From positions 45,818,001 through 45,882,000 of the forward strand of contig OZ076417.1 of assembly GCA_964187785.1 (NCBI GenBank): a stretch of 64,000 nt of DNA, written 5' to 3'. The position numbers were made by a program, and so were the translations under genes. The stretch is from Amphiscolops sp. MND2022. Lineage: Eukaryota. Below, in pieces: positions 23,201-36,867 of the stretch; the stretch's first letter is position 1; the number at the start of each line of letters is the position of its first letter. The notes under the pieces are model-generated. The model was not told where the DNA came from and made no database searches. It saw nothing but the letters and a program-made list of their open reading frames with translations.

Positions 23201-23616
23201 GAATTGCTTCACATGTGAAATACAATCTATTTTTCCTTTTCCCCCACCATTTCAAAGAAAAAAATCAACAAAGGATTACATATGGCTATATCGTTTAATA
23301 TTTCTTCATATAAATCTTTCCTTTGTTTTGTTGTCTCCACATGAACTCACAGAAGTAACTGTTAGCCATACAATTTTTTGCTCACGCTAACATACAATTT
23401 TTCGAAATCATTTTTGCGAATCAGAATAAAACCGGAAGTGAGCTGAACAAAGTTTTAAAGAGATTTTTCAATATTGAAAAAGGAGATAAATTTTTTGAAA
23501 TTAAGTGAAATGTTTCATTGGAAACGCAATTGATAGTGAATTAATTGCTAAAACAATATCGTCTAGAAAAGTGTGTGGGAAAAGAAAAAAGTTCCCAATT
23601 CAAAGATAACTCGATG
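19819..23616. repeat. Near-perfect ~1.81-kb tandem duplication (19819-21806 and 21804-23616)
   Basis: GAATCGTATGG..AAAAAAGACG at 20081 and 21892; CAAAGATAACTCGATG at 21791 and 23601. Only scattered SNPs and indels; copy 2 lacks one 171-bp unit. Confidence 0.95.
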
Positions 23617-26600
23617 ACAGATTTCCCAGATGCACCTTTGTTAAAAATGAAGAAATTAGATTGAGTAGATTCAAGGAGTCAAAGAAATGTAAGTCGTCAC
23701 CTCATCATCCAAATTACTTCCCGCAGTTTTTATTCAGATAAAATCTCATGGGACACAAAAAGCGGGGAACATTTTTTTTTGCGATTTGAGGAAATAGTTC
23801 AAAAAAGAAGATGAAAATCCCCGTGTTATTCAGGAAGTGAATACCATGATTAAAAAAGGGGTTACCAAACTAACTTTAGGTCTTGCCATAACCAAATGAA
23901 TAAATTATGAAATATTACGTAACAAACACTTGCTGTGAAATTATTTTTAAAATTAGGTGAAGTAATTTCATCGAGCTATCTTTTTAATGAGAAATTATAT
24001 CCCTACTTCAGTGTTCGTAGGATTGCCCACGTCAGTTTCTCGTGAATTGACGTTAGATTGAATTTCTCAACGCATTGTGGTAGCTTTATGGGAGTCATTT
24101 ACAGTCAGGTACTGAGATAAAAAATACTTATCATAGAAACTATATAAAACTTTATTTTTCATTTTTTTTTAAAATAAACGGGAAATGGTCTCAGAAGGCG
24201 CGAAAAAGGGGTAATTACAAAATGGAATGAAAATGGAAAAAATTCTTTCGGATTGCAGGTTGTCTAGAAGTACTCAATCTTTTTCAAAACAACAGAAAGG
24301 GAACAGTCTAATTTCCAAAAACAAAATGAAAAAACAGACAAAAAGATGCCCCTTGAGCAGCGGGATATTTTCTGCCCCGAATAAATTAGCCGCTACATGT
24401 CTCCACTTATGTCTCCAGCGCGAAAACTGGTACACCTTTCGATTCATTTTACACCTTGCTTTGAAAAACACTGAAAAATTGTTCGTTCAAACAAGGTAAA
24501 CAGCCTCCCTTTTTGTTTTTGAACTCCATGAAGATTCATACTACTAAACATGTATATATATTGGGATTATATATTATTATATTATTATTTTGGGATTATA
24601 TATACAGAGATCATACGGAGAACATACATATAAGTACGGAGAAGGTACAAAAACTAGTTACAAATTAGAAGGTACAATTGAAATTGGAGAAAACTTGGCT
24701 TTTGTAGGGTTTCTAGGGCTTTTTTTGAAAAAAATATTTCTCTTCTTTTCTGAAAACGTAACTGGTAGTTGTGTTGTGGCCGCTCAAGTTGAAAGTGGGT
24801 ATTGTAAATTACGAAAATGCTGGAAATCTTCAAATATCGCCACTGAATTTGACATTTTTACTTTTTTGTGCATTTTGGTTGTCATTTGGAGATTTATTCA
24901 AATCGCATTTTAGTAAATAGTTTCGAAGTTCTGTATGTCGTCATTGCATTTTTTGAACTAGCCACATCAACTTTTGCTTCTAAAAAGCATGTTAGATAGC
25001 TTTTGGTGTCAACGTGGAATTCTTTGGGTAATGTAACGCTTGACAATTTTCAAAAACTAAAAAAGCGACCTATTTTTCAAAAATAGTAAAGTTTTTTAAA
25101 TGTCGCTTTTGGAAATTTTTCCGCCATGACCTAGAAACTTTCTCATCGTAAAAAAGCGTGCCAGATGACTATGTGCTGTTTCTGGAATCAGTAAGTATTT
25201 GAATCCCCATATTTTGAGACACTTTTTCAGCACAATTGACATCTCTTCTGAAAAACGTTCTGGATATCTAGTTTTTTTCTTCTTGGTTCTTTTTAAATAA
25301 TCTTACTCACGAAATCGCTGTAATATAGTACAAAATATGCTAAAATCAAAATTTAGCAAAAATTTGAAGTTATTGTTTTTGGTGGTTAATTAGAGGCACT
25401 TCTTCAACATAACAATTCGGATTAATCTTGGAAAAACTGTTCTGGACAGCTGATATTTTTTTCACATTAGAACTTTCCAGATTTATCTTCAAAAAGCGTT
25501 TTTGCTGGTTCCTCCGGCCTGGAACTTTGTGGTTATTCCAACTCACGAAAATCGGCGAAATATTTCCAAAAATTTGTGCATTTTTTTAAAAGTTGGAAGT
25601 ATTTGTGTACTTTCAGGAATTTTGGGATTATTTCTCTCGGGATAATTTTGGGAACCTCTCGGTTTTCTCTTCAAAAAAGCATCCTGGATTGCTGGTCCCT
25701 TCCTCTTGGATTCTTTTGAATTTCCAACTCACGAAAATAATTGAAATATGTACTAAAAAATGCATAAAAAGTTTAGAAACGGAAACATTTCGAAATTTTA
25801 GGACTTTTTTTAGGTGATTTTGGGGTCAACGAAGAAGTCCAAAAAGCTCTATGAATACATATCGCACGGAACATGGCAAATTTTGGAGAAAAAAACGAGT
25901 TTCAGTTAGTAATTATCCTTTACCATATGGCATTATGACGCAAAATAAAAAAGGGAAGAAAATGGCAAAAAGTGAACTCAGAGTTCCCTGTTGGACGACA
26001 GTAGAGGACAAAAATGGGAAGTCTGAAAAAGAAAGAAAATTAAAGAAAATTAGGATGGCAGTTGGGTAACAAAAGAACTAGAAGGGGGTAGGAAAGATAT
26101 TCTGTCTGTTTTGTATGACAGTTCTACTAGTGACTGCCCCTTTTACGGGGATGTATACACCTATAGGTATGAACACAAAGATACGGGATATAGAAACGGG
26201 CGAAATCGAATGTATGTATACACATCTACAAGCGTATATACATCTTCATATACTTGTATGATACCTACACTCTAAATTGTGTTCTAACAGGAATCATTGC
26301 AAATAGGCTACCAGCTACCGGGAATGCCCCCACGTCAAGAATAAGATGGAAGCGGGTGGCAATAAGAAGAGGAAATAGGGAAAAGTGAAAGGTAGGTGTA
26401 GAGAAATGGATAGCAGGGGATGGGAAAAGAATAGTCGACCTAGGAATGTGAAGAAAAAAGGATAACAGTCCCACAGACTTAACAACCTCCTCTCGACTGG
26501 CACTAGCGGCGACAAAAACACCGGAATACCTGCTAATACCTTCTAGAACTCACCTAACACAGTGTCAGTTTTCCCGCCATAATTTTCCCGCACTTTTGCA

Positions 26601-27531
26601 CACATTCGCTGCAGTTTTCCCTCCGTTTTCTCTTCCTTTTTGTTCTACTTCTTCCAAATTTGTTCTCTTATTCACACCTATTTGTTCTTCGTTTTGTTAA
26701 TTCTTGTTCCTCAAATATTCATTCGGTTTTTGAGGTCACAATTATTCCTGTTTTTTCCATATGTTTCCTTGTTTTACACGCGACAGGGAATCAACCCAAT
26801 ATCTCAAGGATGTATTGGGTAATAAGTGCCCCCAAAACAGCTCTAGGGATGGTGCTTTACCTCTGTTCCCCTTTTATTACCAACAAAGGTGGCGTCTGCA
26901 GGCATGACTTATCAATCACAGACAACATTACCTTGGAACTCCGGGAAACATGCGTTTATAACTGCTTTAAGCGAGTTGCAGTATTTTATCCTTCTGTGAA
27001 CCAGTTAGTTCTTTTTTATTTATGCTCTCCCTAACATTTTAGAACCACCGTAAAAAGACAAGGCACATATTTTTTGGTGAAAAAACAACAAAAGTTGAAA
27101 AATTGAAAAATTGCAACTGAACTTTTTGAACAAAAAACTAATAAACTAACTGTTGCGGTTGAAATAACAAAGTTTCGCAGTTTTAGAAAACTAAAATCTA
27201 CTATATACACGTATTAGTCAAACCATTTATTCAATCCACAACCCATTGTAAACAATTTAAACCTTTCATTTGCGAAACTCAGATAAGCTATTAAAATTCT
27301 TACGGGAACAAAAATTACGTGTCAAAATAAAACTGACTTAAAAATTAGTCTTTCGATAATTAAAATTTTTCAAGGATTTTCGCAGACAATTTTGTTGGAG
27401 ATAGGTAGACTCAACTGAAAACTCTACATCCGATAACCTTGAAAGGCTGACTAACAAGAATAAGGTCTGAAGCCAAATCATGCTCAATCCCTATCTTATA
27501 ACAATGAATAGTAGGGGCTATTACTAATAAG

Positions 27532-29391
27532 TAGAGCAAGCACAAATGTTCCTTTATTTTGGCAAAAATATTCCCAAAAATTATGACTTTCTTTTTCAGA
27601 ATATTCCCTATTTTATGCCTTTAAAGTCTCATTGTTTTGATGGAAAGCAGCCATAAAAGTTTTAATTAGTGTTGAAAAAAGCAAAAATGTATTTATCAAC
27701 ATTATTTGCATCAAAATTACGGTCTTTCAGAAGAATTTAGTTTAGTTTGGAAAATGATCTCTCAGCAGCTGCGTTCGAGGAGACTGCGTTTTGCAATTTG
27801 GCTCTCTCGTTCCCGAGAGACAGTTGACTCCCGGCTATTATCCGATTCATGTCTGTCATAGATGCTAGCCTTCGCTCAATATACAGTCTCACGGTATCTT
27901 CATCATCCAGTTCTTTGATGAAATCATTGACCACTTTGTAACCTTGCAACAACCCAACTCCATTGCCTTCAAGGATCGAAATTGCAATGCCAATTGTCTG
28001 ATACCGAGAAACTAGCCCGAGCTCCAGAAAAACACTGTGCGCCATAATCGCCTCCTTTGTTGTGATGCTAGTGTCAATGTGCCGTCTCGAGTATCCCATG
28101 TATGAATAATTGATTGAACCTCTTCGAAATAGCGCGAATAGTAAGTAGCAGCGTTGACCCAAGAACCCCATCTAGTTAAAACGGGCTGAGGCGGATAGGG
28201 TATGCCGGAATCCTTGAATTGTTGTTGGCGTGTCTCATTTTTAACAGTTGCAGCCTTGGTATTAGCTATCAATTGGTCCACAAAAGGTAGAAAAAATCGA
28301 ATTTTCTCGGCTGCGTTGTGCAGTAAATGAGCAAAACAAGTTGTATGGTGCATATCTTGAAAGAAAACTTTCAACAGTTCACCTGCTTTGATCAAGTATC
28401 CGAAGAAAAATGAAGCACGTGTTTGCGATATATGCCCACCATTTTAACGGCATCGTCTACCACTTGGCTAATCTTGTTTGCGCTCACAGTATTGCTGGGG
28501 ACACATGAAACAAGATATAATGTGTTCGATGTTTTCCCCAGAAGGACATGTATATACCTTGTATCCTTCACACCTGCTTCATCGCACATTGACTGTAATG
28601 GCAAACCAGAGAGTTCCATTCGTATCTCATTCAATTTTTTTTTCATGTAGATCAGTAACAACTGTGCGACATGCATTTTTGGATGGTATTGTCACTCCAA
28701 GTTTCTCAAACGTTGTTTTGATGGAAGGGTTTAAAAATTTATGAAGCTCAAAATTTGCCTGTAAAGAAGCTTCAACAAATATTAACGTTTTGTTGTTGTA
28801 CATTGTTGAGGTACTAGTACAAAACTGTTTTTTTTAGGTTTGACATACGGGACCGATGCAATTCACCATCTCTGTGTTGTTCGATTCGTGTCTTCTTCTC
28901 GCAGTTGACATCTTTCGAACATAAACAACAAAATAATTTCCCATCTTTAAGTTGAAATTCGCGAGGACATTTTGTAACAGCAAACGAAACTTTTTCCGAG
29001 TTTGATATTCTGATTTTTCCCATTTGTAATTTGCACCTTTATTTTTAAGTACGAATAGTTGATCGGAAAGACAACGTATTGAAATTCTGTTCAAAATTGT
29101 AGCAAAATTTTGTTGAATCCGTCGCTAGCAGAATTCTGTGGGGCCTGTGTATAATGCTATTTTGGTTGTTGAATATACAATGCAAAAGGAAATTAAACAA
29201 ATACAAACTTAATTTGAAAGCACTTGGCCGGGAAACAATTTGCAAAACAGTTTGATCGAGCGTATTACGTCTACAAATAGCGGCAATATACAGTTAAGAT
29301 TGATTTTTGCAATGATTGTTCATATTATGCCCTTCCACTTTTTTTAGCCCTTATAGCCCTTTTAGCCCTTTATTCCTTTTTGGTTGCTCTA
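27532..29391 (-). mobile_element. hAT-superfamily DNA transposon (1860 bp) with a disrupted transposase
   Basis: TIR TAGAGCAA(G/C)CA at both ends. 8-bp TSD CTAATAAG (27524-27531) / ATAATAAG (29392-29399). Subterminal TAGCCCTT x3. Confidence 0.85.
27737..29023 (-). pseudogene. hAT-like (DUF659/CGGBP1-type) transposase, frameshifted
   Basis: Zn finger FCCLCSKDVNC..K..I.QH....H; CDEAG; HFSSD..YMIKAG..L; TCFAHLLHNAAEKIR; PVLTRWGSW; C-terminal SNAAAERSFSK. Spread over 4 ORFs in different frames. Confidence 0.85.
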
Positions 29392-32300
29392 ATAATAAGT
29401 TATTCGCGCACCTTCGAAAGGCTCTCAAACATTGTTTTTCTTTCTTTGGGGTTTGAGAAATTTCAATTTCCTTTTGAAACGTGAATTTTTTTCTAATGAA
29501 CTATCCACACAAGTGGCATAAGTGACAAAATATGGTAAACGGCTTTTGTAGTACAGTTTATTATGCGAGTGAACTTATTTTGCATAAAATTAGCAATAAA
29601 AGCGATAGCAATTTATTTGCTTTCAAATTTATAGCTGCTGCTTAATGAAACCTGAAAAAGTTCAAGGCTTAAAATTGCCGCCAAAATGTTAATGAATCAT
29701 TCAAGCAGCTTGATAAAATACAACAGGGGAAAGTTTCCGTAAGAGTTTTAGAAAATCATATTAAAAGTTGCTGGCAACAATAAAGTACTTGCAAAACGTT
29801 CTAGCAGTCTCAACAAGGGGGTATTCGATTTGAATGTCTCTCATCTCACCTTTGTTGAGCTTTTAGCAAGTGATTTGTCCCACAGGTTGAAATTGCATGA
29901 CTTTTTAACACCTACTGTAGGTTGTCAAGCAAATTTATCATGATTTCATAAAATTATCACGGAAACTTCAGTGCGTTAAAATTTCACTGTTCCAGATAAA
30001 TTTTATCAAGCTGTCCAAAAGGTGCATCTTAAACTTCGCGGCAATATAAAGTTTTGCAAGTTTTGTAAGGCAATGGTTCTATTTTCAAATACAACCACAG
30101 TAACTTCATAGTTGCATACGAGTATTCAGCTTGCAATTTGACCTAACGGTGATTACATACTCTCAGTACAGTATTTGAGAAAATAAAGTGTGACTACAAA
30201 ATCACTGAAACGATGAAGAAACAGAAATAATTTCAGTTTTAGTTTTGATCGAAGTATTACTGCATTGTAATGTTACAAATGTTTTGAAAAAAATTACTCT
30301 GGTTTGCATGGAAACGCATGAAAAACTACTTAGCAATTTCAACTACTGTCTTAGCTTGATCGCATGATCTTGACAGAAACAGCACAATTGGCAGAGAAAA
30401 GCAAATTCAACGGGGCAGCGTGAGCAGACACACCATTGCGGCCTTCGCAAGTCACTTTGAAGCTCGGCTTTAAAGCAGATAGCTGTTCAACAAATTGGTT
30501 GCCTAAACACCCTTAAGCTTGCTATGTTGAGCTAGCATACAAAAAAGCTCCGATTTACAAAAATACATTTAAAGTTGGATCCTGTAAAATTCAAAAGCCA
30601 AAAAAGGACTGATGGTGTAATTAAGCTCTTTGTGAAACATTAATGCTTCATTCAAAAGAATTAAAGAATATTCTATTTTTTTTTCAACCACTGAAAAAAT
30701 TTATAGTAAACTAAGCCCTCTTGAAGGAGGAATGCCAAGCCATACAACAAATTTTTCAATCACTTTTTTACTTTTTCACTTTTCAGATTGGTTCTTTAGA
30801 AGACCTTTTTTGGACTTTCATTCCAATAAATAGTTTTGAACGTTATGCCCATCTTTCTTTGGATTTTATTTCTAAGGACATTATTTCCTTCAACCTATGA
30901 AATTTAAGGCAACACGAAAAACGAAAAAAAAACAGAGCGGTCTGTTTACCACGCTTGCTCAAAGTAACTCCAACATGCCCCCATTTTTGTCTTAAAGAAA
31001 TTCGATCTATTTCTACATTTTCCCACGTGTACTTGACAGTTCCCCTCTCAAGTTGTCACCTGATTCTTTCTCTTCATTTTGATGCCACTTCTTAATCAAA
31101 TAACCTCTGACATAAAATCCAGCGAAATTCGCCTGTGTAAATTTCCAAGTGCAACTTGATTTAGCAATCACATTTATGGTGGGAGCATTTTTCTACCGGT
31201 TGCAAATTCAATTTAACGGTTTCCCGCGGTTACACTCCCCCTCAAGTTGATATAATTTGAGCCGATCGACGATTTTTGAGGGCCTGCCCGCTTTGTTTCG
31301 AAGAATTGTATCCACCACTCCCCCTAGTGTTGAAAGAGAGAAATCAACGAAATTGATCCGAATTCGTTAACAATATAAACGCGGTGGTGTTATTGTATAT
31401 TTTTCACAAGAAGACTCGAATAATGAAGGTAACACGAAAAGAATAAATTAAATTTAGTGCAAAGTTAAACTCATGTAAAGATATGGTGATGAATCTCAAT
31501 TCAGCTAAAGCAGCATGTCTCCGAAAATGAAGTCAACTGCGTTAACCGCAATCAGTGTCAACAACTTTTATTTTGTGCTAAACTCGCAAATTTCGATAAA
31601 TTGTTTTGAAGGGTAGAAGTTGCATCCAATTGGCATTTCATAAACCCCCCACAACAATTAGGAATCGCATTTCTAACTCGGGATGACGTTCAATGGACAT
31701 CTTGCGTTTTTCGTGAGTACAATCGCTTTAAAACGCTCACGGATCTAAATTCATGAAGCTCTCATGGAATTAGATGATTGGCTGAATTCCACGCCATTCC
31801 ATGCATGGAACCATGACATTTTAGCTTTGCTTACGTTTTCATGAACGGAATCACATGGTTCATTTCATGGAATCGCATTTTGAGCAAAATCATAAATTCT
31901 AAGTACTTCAAATTTTACAATTTCAAGATAGACTGTGCCTTATCCATCAAAAAACAAGAAAGGCCGTTCCGTATTGAAGAACTTTGTGAAACTTCTTGTG
32001 TCTCACTAGCAAAGTACCTTGCCTTTCTCGGCACAAGGAAGAATTCTAATTAGCAGCAACTTCTGAAGGATTCCAGACCGTTTTCGATATAATGAACAAA
32101 AATGTCCTTTTTCGTTATTTTGACTTTCGTTTTTGTGATGCTGAAATCCGTCTAACACTTGATATGTGAAACAAGCGGCCATCGCTCCAACTGGCTTTCA
32201 ACTGTCTGGGTGTCGTTTTTGGGCAAATAACGGACATGCGATTTAAAAGAACTTGTGATTTCTTTGGTAGACTTTGGACGTCTACCACTAAATTTTTTCT

Positions 32301-34950
32301 ATCCTGTCTTCTTTTTTGTAGGCCAAAATTACTCGGTAGACACTGTAGAGTCCAACATACAGATGTAGAGAAATATCGTTTGGCGCAATTCTATCCATGA
32401 ATTTTGAAAATCTTTTTTGGCATTTCTAGGGAAGTATTTTTGGCTCCCATATTTCTACAGAATTTGTCGTATTTGCAAAGAACAACTATGCAAATGAAAG
32501 TCAATGTTACTCTGTCAATTGTGAGACGCGAACAATTTGTAGACAGATATTCATCATTCTGAAATAGAACGTTGAACTTTGCAACAGTCGGGAAGTTCTT
32601 GTTGCGATCAATGTGATTAAGGGTGTAAGACATCTTGTAAATACTTTAATTTACATATAGACAAATGGGTTCAAGCAGCATATCGACCATGTGGTGAAAA
32701 AAATTGAACAAACTTTGTGGACTCACTCATGAAATTCTGACTAAATATGAAATCTTTGTTTACGATGCATCGGGAAAAACCAACTGAAACAAAATTGAAA
32801 TGGCAAAGCAAAGAAAGTGCAAGCATATTTCTTCAAGACAAAATGGACTTGATAACAGATGTTTTGAGAAAATGGAATATTATTTGTTTATGAAATATGT
32901 TTTGTAGAGCTTTTCAAGACTTATTCAGTCAACATCGGACTGAATTTCTCAATAACTATTTACCAGAAACATTGAACGATAATCCTTCCAGTACCAAAGG
33001 AAAGATTAAAGGACCACTTATTTCTTTTTACAGTAGAATATCAATCAAAAATTCACTTGCCAATGCATTACGAAAAGCCTATTATTGGTTTACTGAACTG
33101 AAACTGCTGCTGCCAACAATCTTGCGAAGCACGACTAGACCGCAGTTAAAACAATATGTTCAAAACCTAATCTTCCTGTATTTTGTTGTTAATAGACTTC
33201 TTTTTTCAATGTAATACTTAATTTTTAAATCCCTTGATGAAAGTGTTCCAATCAAATCTACATTTGTGTCAAATTTTGTTCTCAAGCGCGAGACTTAGAA
33301 CAGCTGTTATGTGAATTTATTTCCCATGCGTATTGTTTTGTATTGTAATGTTACTTCGTATCTATGACATTTACTGATTTGAATTAATTATTCTGATTGT
33401 CTCTTATTATTCTCTAATTGTTTTCTCTGAAAAAAAACTTTTGCCCCTGCGATCGGTAAGTTTTGCAATCCCCCATGATTTCATTGATTGGGTAATATCA
33501 TCCATTCGTTTCAAAACAATGGATAAATTTCGTTCAATAAAAATTTGCTTGGAATTTTCGTGAATTTTCGGAAAACATGAAAAAGGTAATGTGCATTTCA
33601 CTATCTTACAAAAAATAAGTTTTCAAAACATCTGAAGGCGAAGATAAACGTAGCGGGATTCTTCTAAAAGTGTCAAGACCAAAAAGTCATTTCGCTCAAT
33701 TAGACAAGCCTAAAAATTACATGCTGCCATACAAGCGGGAGAATTCGATAAGAAGCGGGAGAAGGCGGAAGTATTAAGTATGCACTCATAATCTAGTTAG
33801 AAGAGAGAGGATGTGAAATGGGCGTTAAGTATTCGTCTAATAGCTTCCAAACGGAAATGATACAAAAAGAAAGCGATCACGCGCCTAATGAGTAAAAACC
33901 AAGGTAAGAAAATTACTGAACTTTTTTTCCTATTTTTTTATCGAACGTAAACATATTTGATCGTTGACTCGTTACCGAAGTCATACAGATCCTTATATAT
34001 TTTGATGAACCTCCAGGGAAGAGTTATTCGAAGGGGTGAACAAACTCATATTTTTTGAGATTATCAACTCCGCCTCTGGAGAAATCCTTCGAATGAAATG
34101 AAACAAGCAGCACAGTGGCAAGACGCTATTACGAAAAATCCAACACCTTTCAGGCTCAAAATTGTTTGACTAAGGAGAAACAACGAGTTAATATATCTGG
34201 AACAAAATCCTGAAGCTCTGAAAAATACTTTTTGCATTCATATATATGGTTCCATCAAATATATGGTATATGGTTCCATCAAAGCGCAATGAAAAAAGTA
34301 TTCCACCAAAAAATTTCACAACAATTGATGAACGGAAAGTATCTCATTTTTTTGAAGTACTAGAATGCATCAAATATGAAACTTTTCAGTCAAAGTAGCA
34401 CAGAATTTTTCTGGAGCAACGCAAAAGTGAAATCATGAATTTTAAAAGCATTCAACGTTCGGCGTCTCGCGAACTTTGAGCAATTAGGTTTGGAAAGAAA
34501 AAACTTCAAAGTGCGTTGGGTTCAAACAGTCCTCCTCTATCTGGCAAAATGGAAAAAATCCAATTCTGTTCGTTTTTATGACATGCAGATGTCAGACGAC
34601 CTAATTTAATTCAAAGACAACAGAGATTTATGGACAAACAAACTCTAAACACTGACTTGTCATTTATTTTGTTAGATTGATATTACAGAAAATAGAACCT
34701 TTTGTTACGTATAGAAATTGGTTGAACTTTACCAAAAAATATTGTGCTTTTTATTAACAAGATCGAGAGATCTTAACGGTTATATCCTAACAGAATATTA
34801 TTATGAACTTGTTATATTATGGACTTATTATGAAGTCAGAAAAAGAAAGTACGTCACTTCGTACAATCCTAGTATGTGTTTTCACTTTTGCTTTTTGTTT
34901 CTCACCTCAAGGAATGTTTTATCAATTTTTTTAGCAATGTTTTTCAAAAA

Positions 34951-35140
34951 GGGGAGCATGGTGTAGTGGTTTAGAACATTCGGCCTGTACTGGCGCGGTA
35001 TCAGGTTCAGATCTCTCTCAAATCACCATTTTTGGGCCTTAAGCAAGTCCTTCATCTTTAGCTTAGTGGTATGTTAACTGATAGAAAAGAACGATTTGAC
35101 GGAGAAAAGCAAATAACAATTGCAGCATTATTCATACTCA
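34951..35140 (+). mobile_element. tRNA-derived SINE, 5' portion
   Basis: GGGGAGCATGGTGTAGTGGTTTAGAACATTCGGCCTGTAC...GGTTCAGATCTC (A and B boxes), homologous to the copy at 40763. Confidence 0.7.
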
Positions 35141-35269
35141 AGTATGCAAGCCTCATAAGAGCACTACGGAATATGCTGAGTTGAAAAATTACCCCACTTT
35201 GCGGTTACACAGTACATATAAAAATTTTAGAGTATAGATAAAGGGTATATAAATACTAGAGAAAAGCTT

Positions 35270-35988
35270 CCCAATGTAAAATATCTTGAAACTCTTGTCA
35301 AGAATCTTGCAATTTCCTGAAACCCTTGGTAAGAATCCTTACAAGATTCTTACCAATAGCGCCAAGAATATGTACGATCTTGCAAGATCTTGCCAAGAAC
35401 TTCAAGAAAAATGCCTAATTTTTTAGACTGAAAAAACGCAGAAAAAAGTGTTTTTAGTACAAAAAACATTCCAGGAAAAACCAAGAATCTTGTCAAGAAA
35501 TCCAAGAAAATCCAAGAAACGCCAAGAATCTTGCCAAGAAATCCGGGAAAATGCAAGAAATGCCAAGAATCTTGCCAAGAGTTTCAAGAGAAAAGCTAAC
35601 AAAAGTGAATGAAAACAAACAAAAACCCACGCCAACTTCGGCTTGATCAGCGTACCTATACTACCACGGCTGTTCGCGCTACCAACCAAACTATCATGTT
35701 CTGAATTTCAATACTTTGTGTTGTCTTATATCCAATACTTCAAAGAATGATTGTGTAGCTGGTAGTGTGAACAACAGCAAAAACTTGTAAACAAAATTGT
35801 AAACAAAAAACAAGAACTTATTTTCTTGACACTCTTGATAAGACTCTTGCCAAAATTCCTATCAAGAACTTCAAGAGTTTTGCGTCAAGCAAGAATAAAC
35901 AAGATCGTATCAAGGGTTTCAAGAGGTAACGGGAATTTGCGGGAAAATCCAAGATCTTGGCAAGAGTTTCAAGATATTTTACACTGGG
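35270..35988. mobile_element. MITE with ~38-bp TIRs (CCCA[A/G]TGTAAAATATCTTGAAACTCTTG), CMC/EnSpm-like
   Basis: TIRs clear on both ends, flanked by TT/TT; internal CAAGAATCTTG repeats. Confidence 0.8.
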
Positions 35989-36446
35989 TTGAACACATGT
36001 TGGCACTTTGGTCAAAAAAGCACCGCTTTGACTCAAACGGGTAAATACAAGTCCTGTACCCTCCGTAGTTACTGAAGATGAACAATAAACTCGATAAATT
36101 TGATTTAAGTTCCGCCCAGAAAAATTTTTCAAATTTTTGTCTTCGATTTTCGATGTTTTTGCCTAACACCTTAGAATGCCACAAAACACGACCGCGTCTA
36201 CATTCCGGTCTTTGAAATTCAAAAATTACGTTTTTGCGGTAGTTTAAAAATTTGAAACTTTGACCCTTTCTCGACTAATACGTTTTGCGTTTATTTCGAG
36301 GCGCCAACAGGCTTATTCTTCGAGGCCTGGTAGGACTAACTTGCTTGTAGTTTCAAGATCCTGACAAAGTTCTGTCAATCTTCGAATAATCGTTCTCAGG
36401 CCACAATCCGTACAACGACCCGTTATCTTAAATGTACGTCTTCTGG

Positions 36447-36750
36447 GGGGAACATGGTATAGTGGTTAGAGTATTAGTCCTGTACAGGGGCAGTAACAAG
36501 TACGAATCTCTCTCAACTCACGATTGTTGGGCAACTCCTTCATCCCTAGCTTAGTGGTAAGCAAAACAAAAAGCGCAACGGTGAGCAGTCAGACCTTTGT
36601 GACCTTGAGCAAAATACTTTGAAACTAGAGCTTCAAACCGACCATGACTGGACCATATTTGGATGCAAATATGGTACCGTAGCTTGCTCTGGGAGATATT
36701 ATCCAAAAAGGGCGGCGACCTAGAAAAGCAGAACTGCATATTTGGTGTCC
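36447..36750 (+). mobile_element. tRNA-derived SINE, diverged copy
   Basis: Head GGGGAACATGGTATAGTGGTTAGAG; body GAGCAGTCAGACCTTTGTGACCTTGAGCAA...TAGAAAAGCAGAACTGC shared with 40400-40763. Confidence 0.75.
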
Positions 36751-36867
36751 AATCCGAAGAAGGGAACGTTTGTCGTAGTATTTGAGCCTGGAACCTGGTG
36801 CTTTGGCGTTGTATCGAAACAGCTCCTAAAGCTACTTTCTTTTTCCTTTATGCAAGTCAAAGCTGAC

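Noticed and set aside
31060-31132. Possible 73-nt minus-strand exon (ANFAGFYVRGYLIKKWHQNEEKES) of the channel gene
   Set aside because: It has AG/GT ends and one open frame, but no recognisable motif, and its phase (1) does not match the terminal exon (phase 2). It is unsupported without RNA data.
31400-33600. Possible decayed P-element-like transposase (YPSKQFIEIC-like fragment)
   Set aside because: It is a single short motif resemblance with no TIRs or consistent frame.
34951-35025. SINE heads (also 36447 and 40763) and HINE tRNA-like segments as functional tRNA genes
   Set aside because: Acceptor stems do not pair, arms are degenerate, and all are embedded in repeat bodies.
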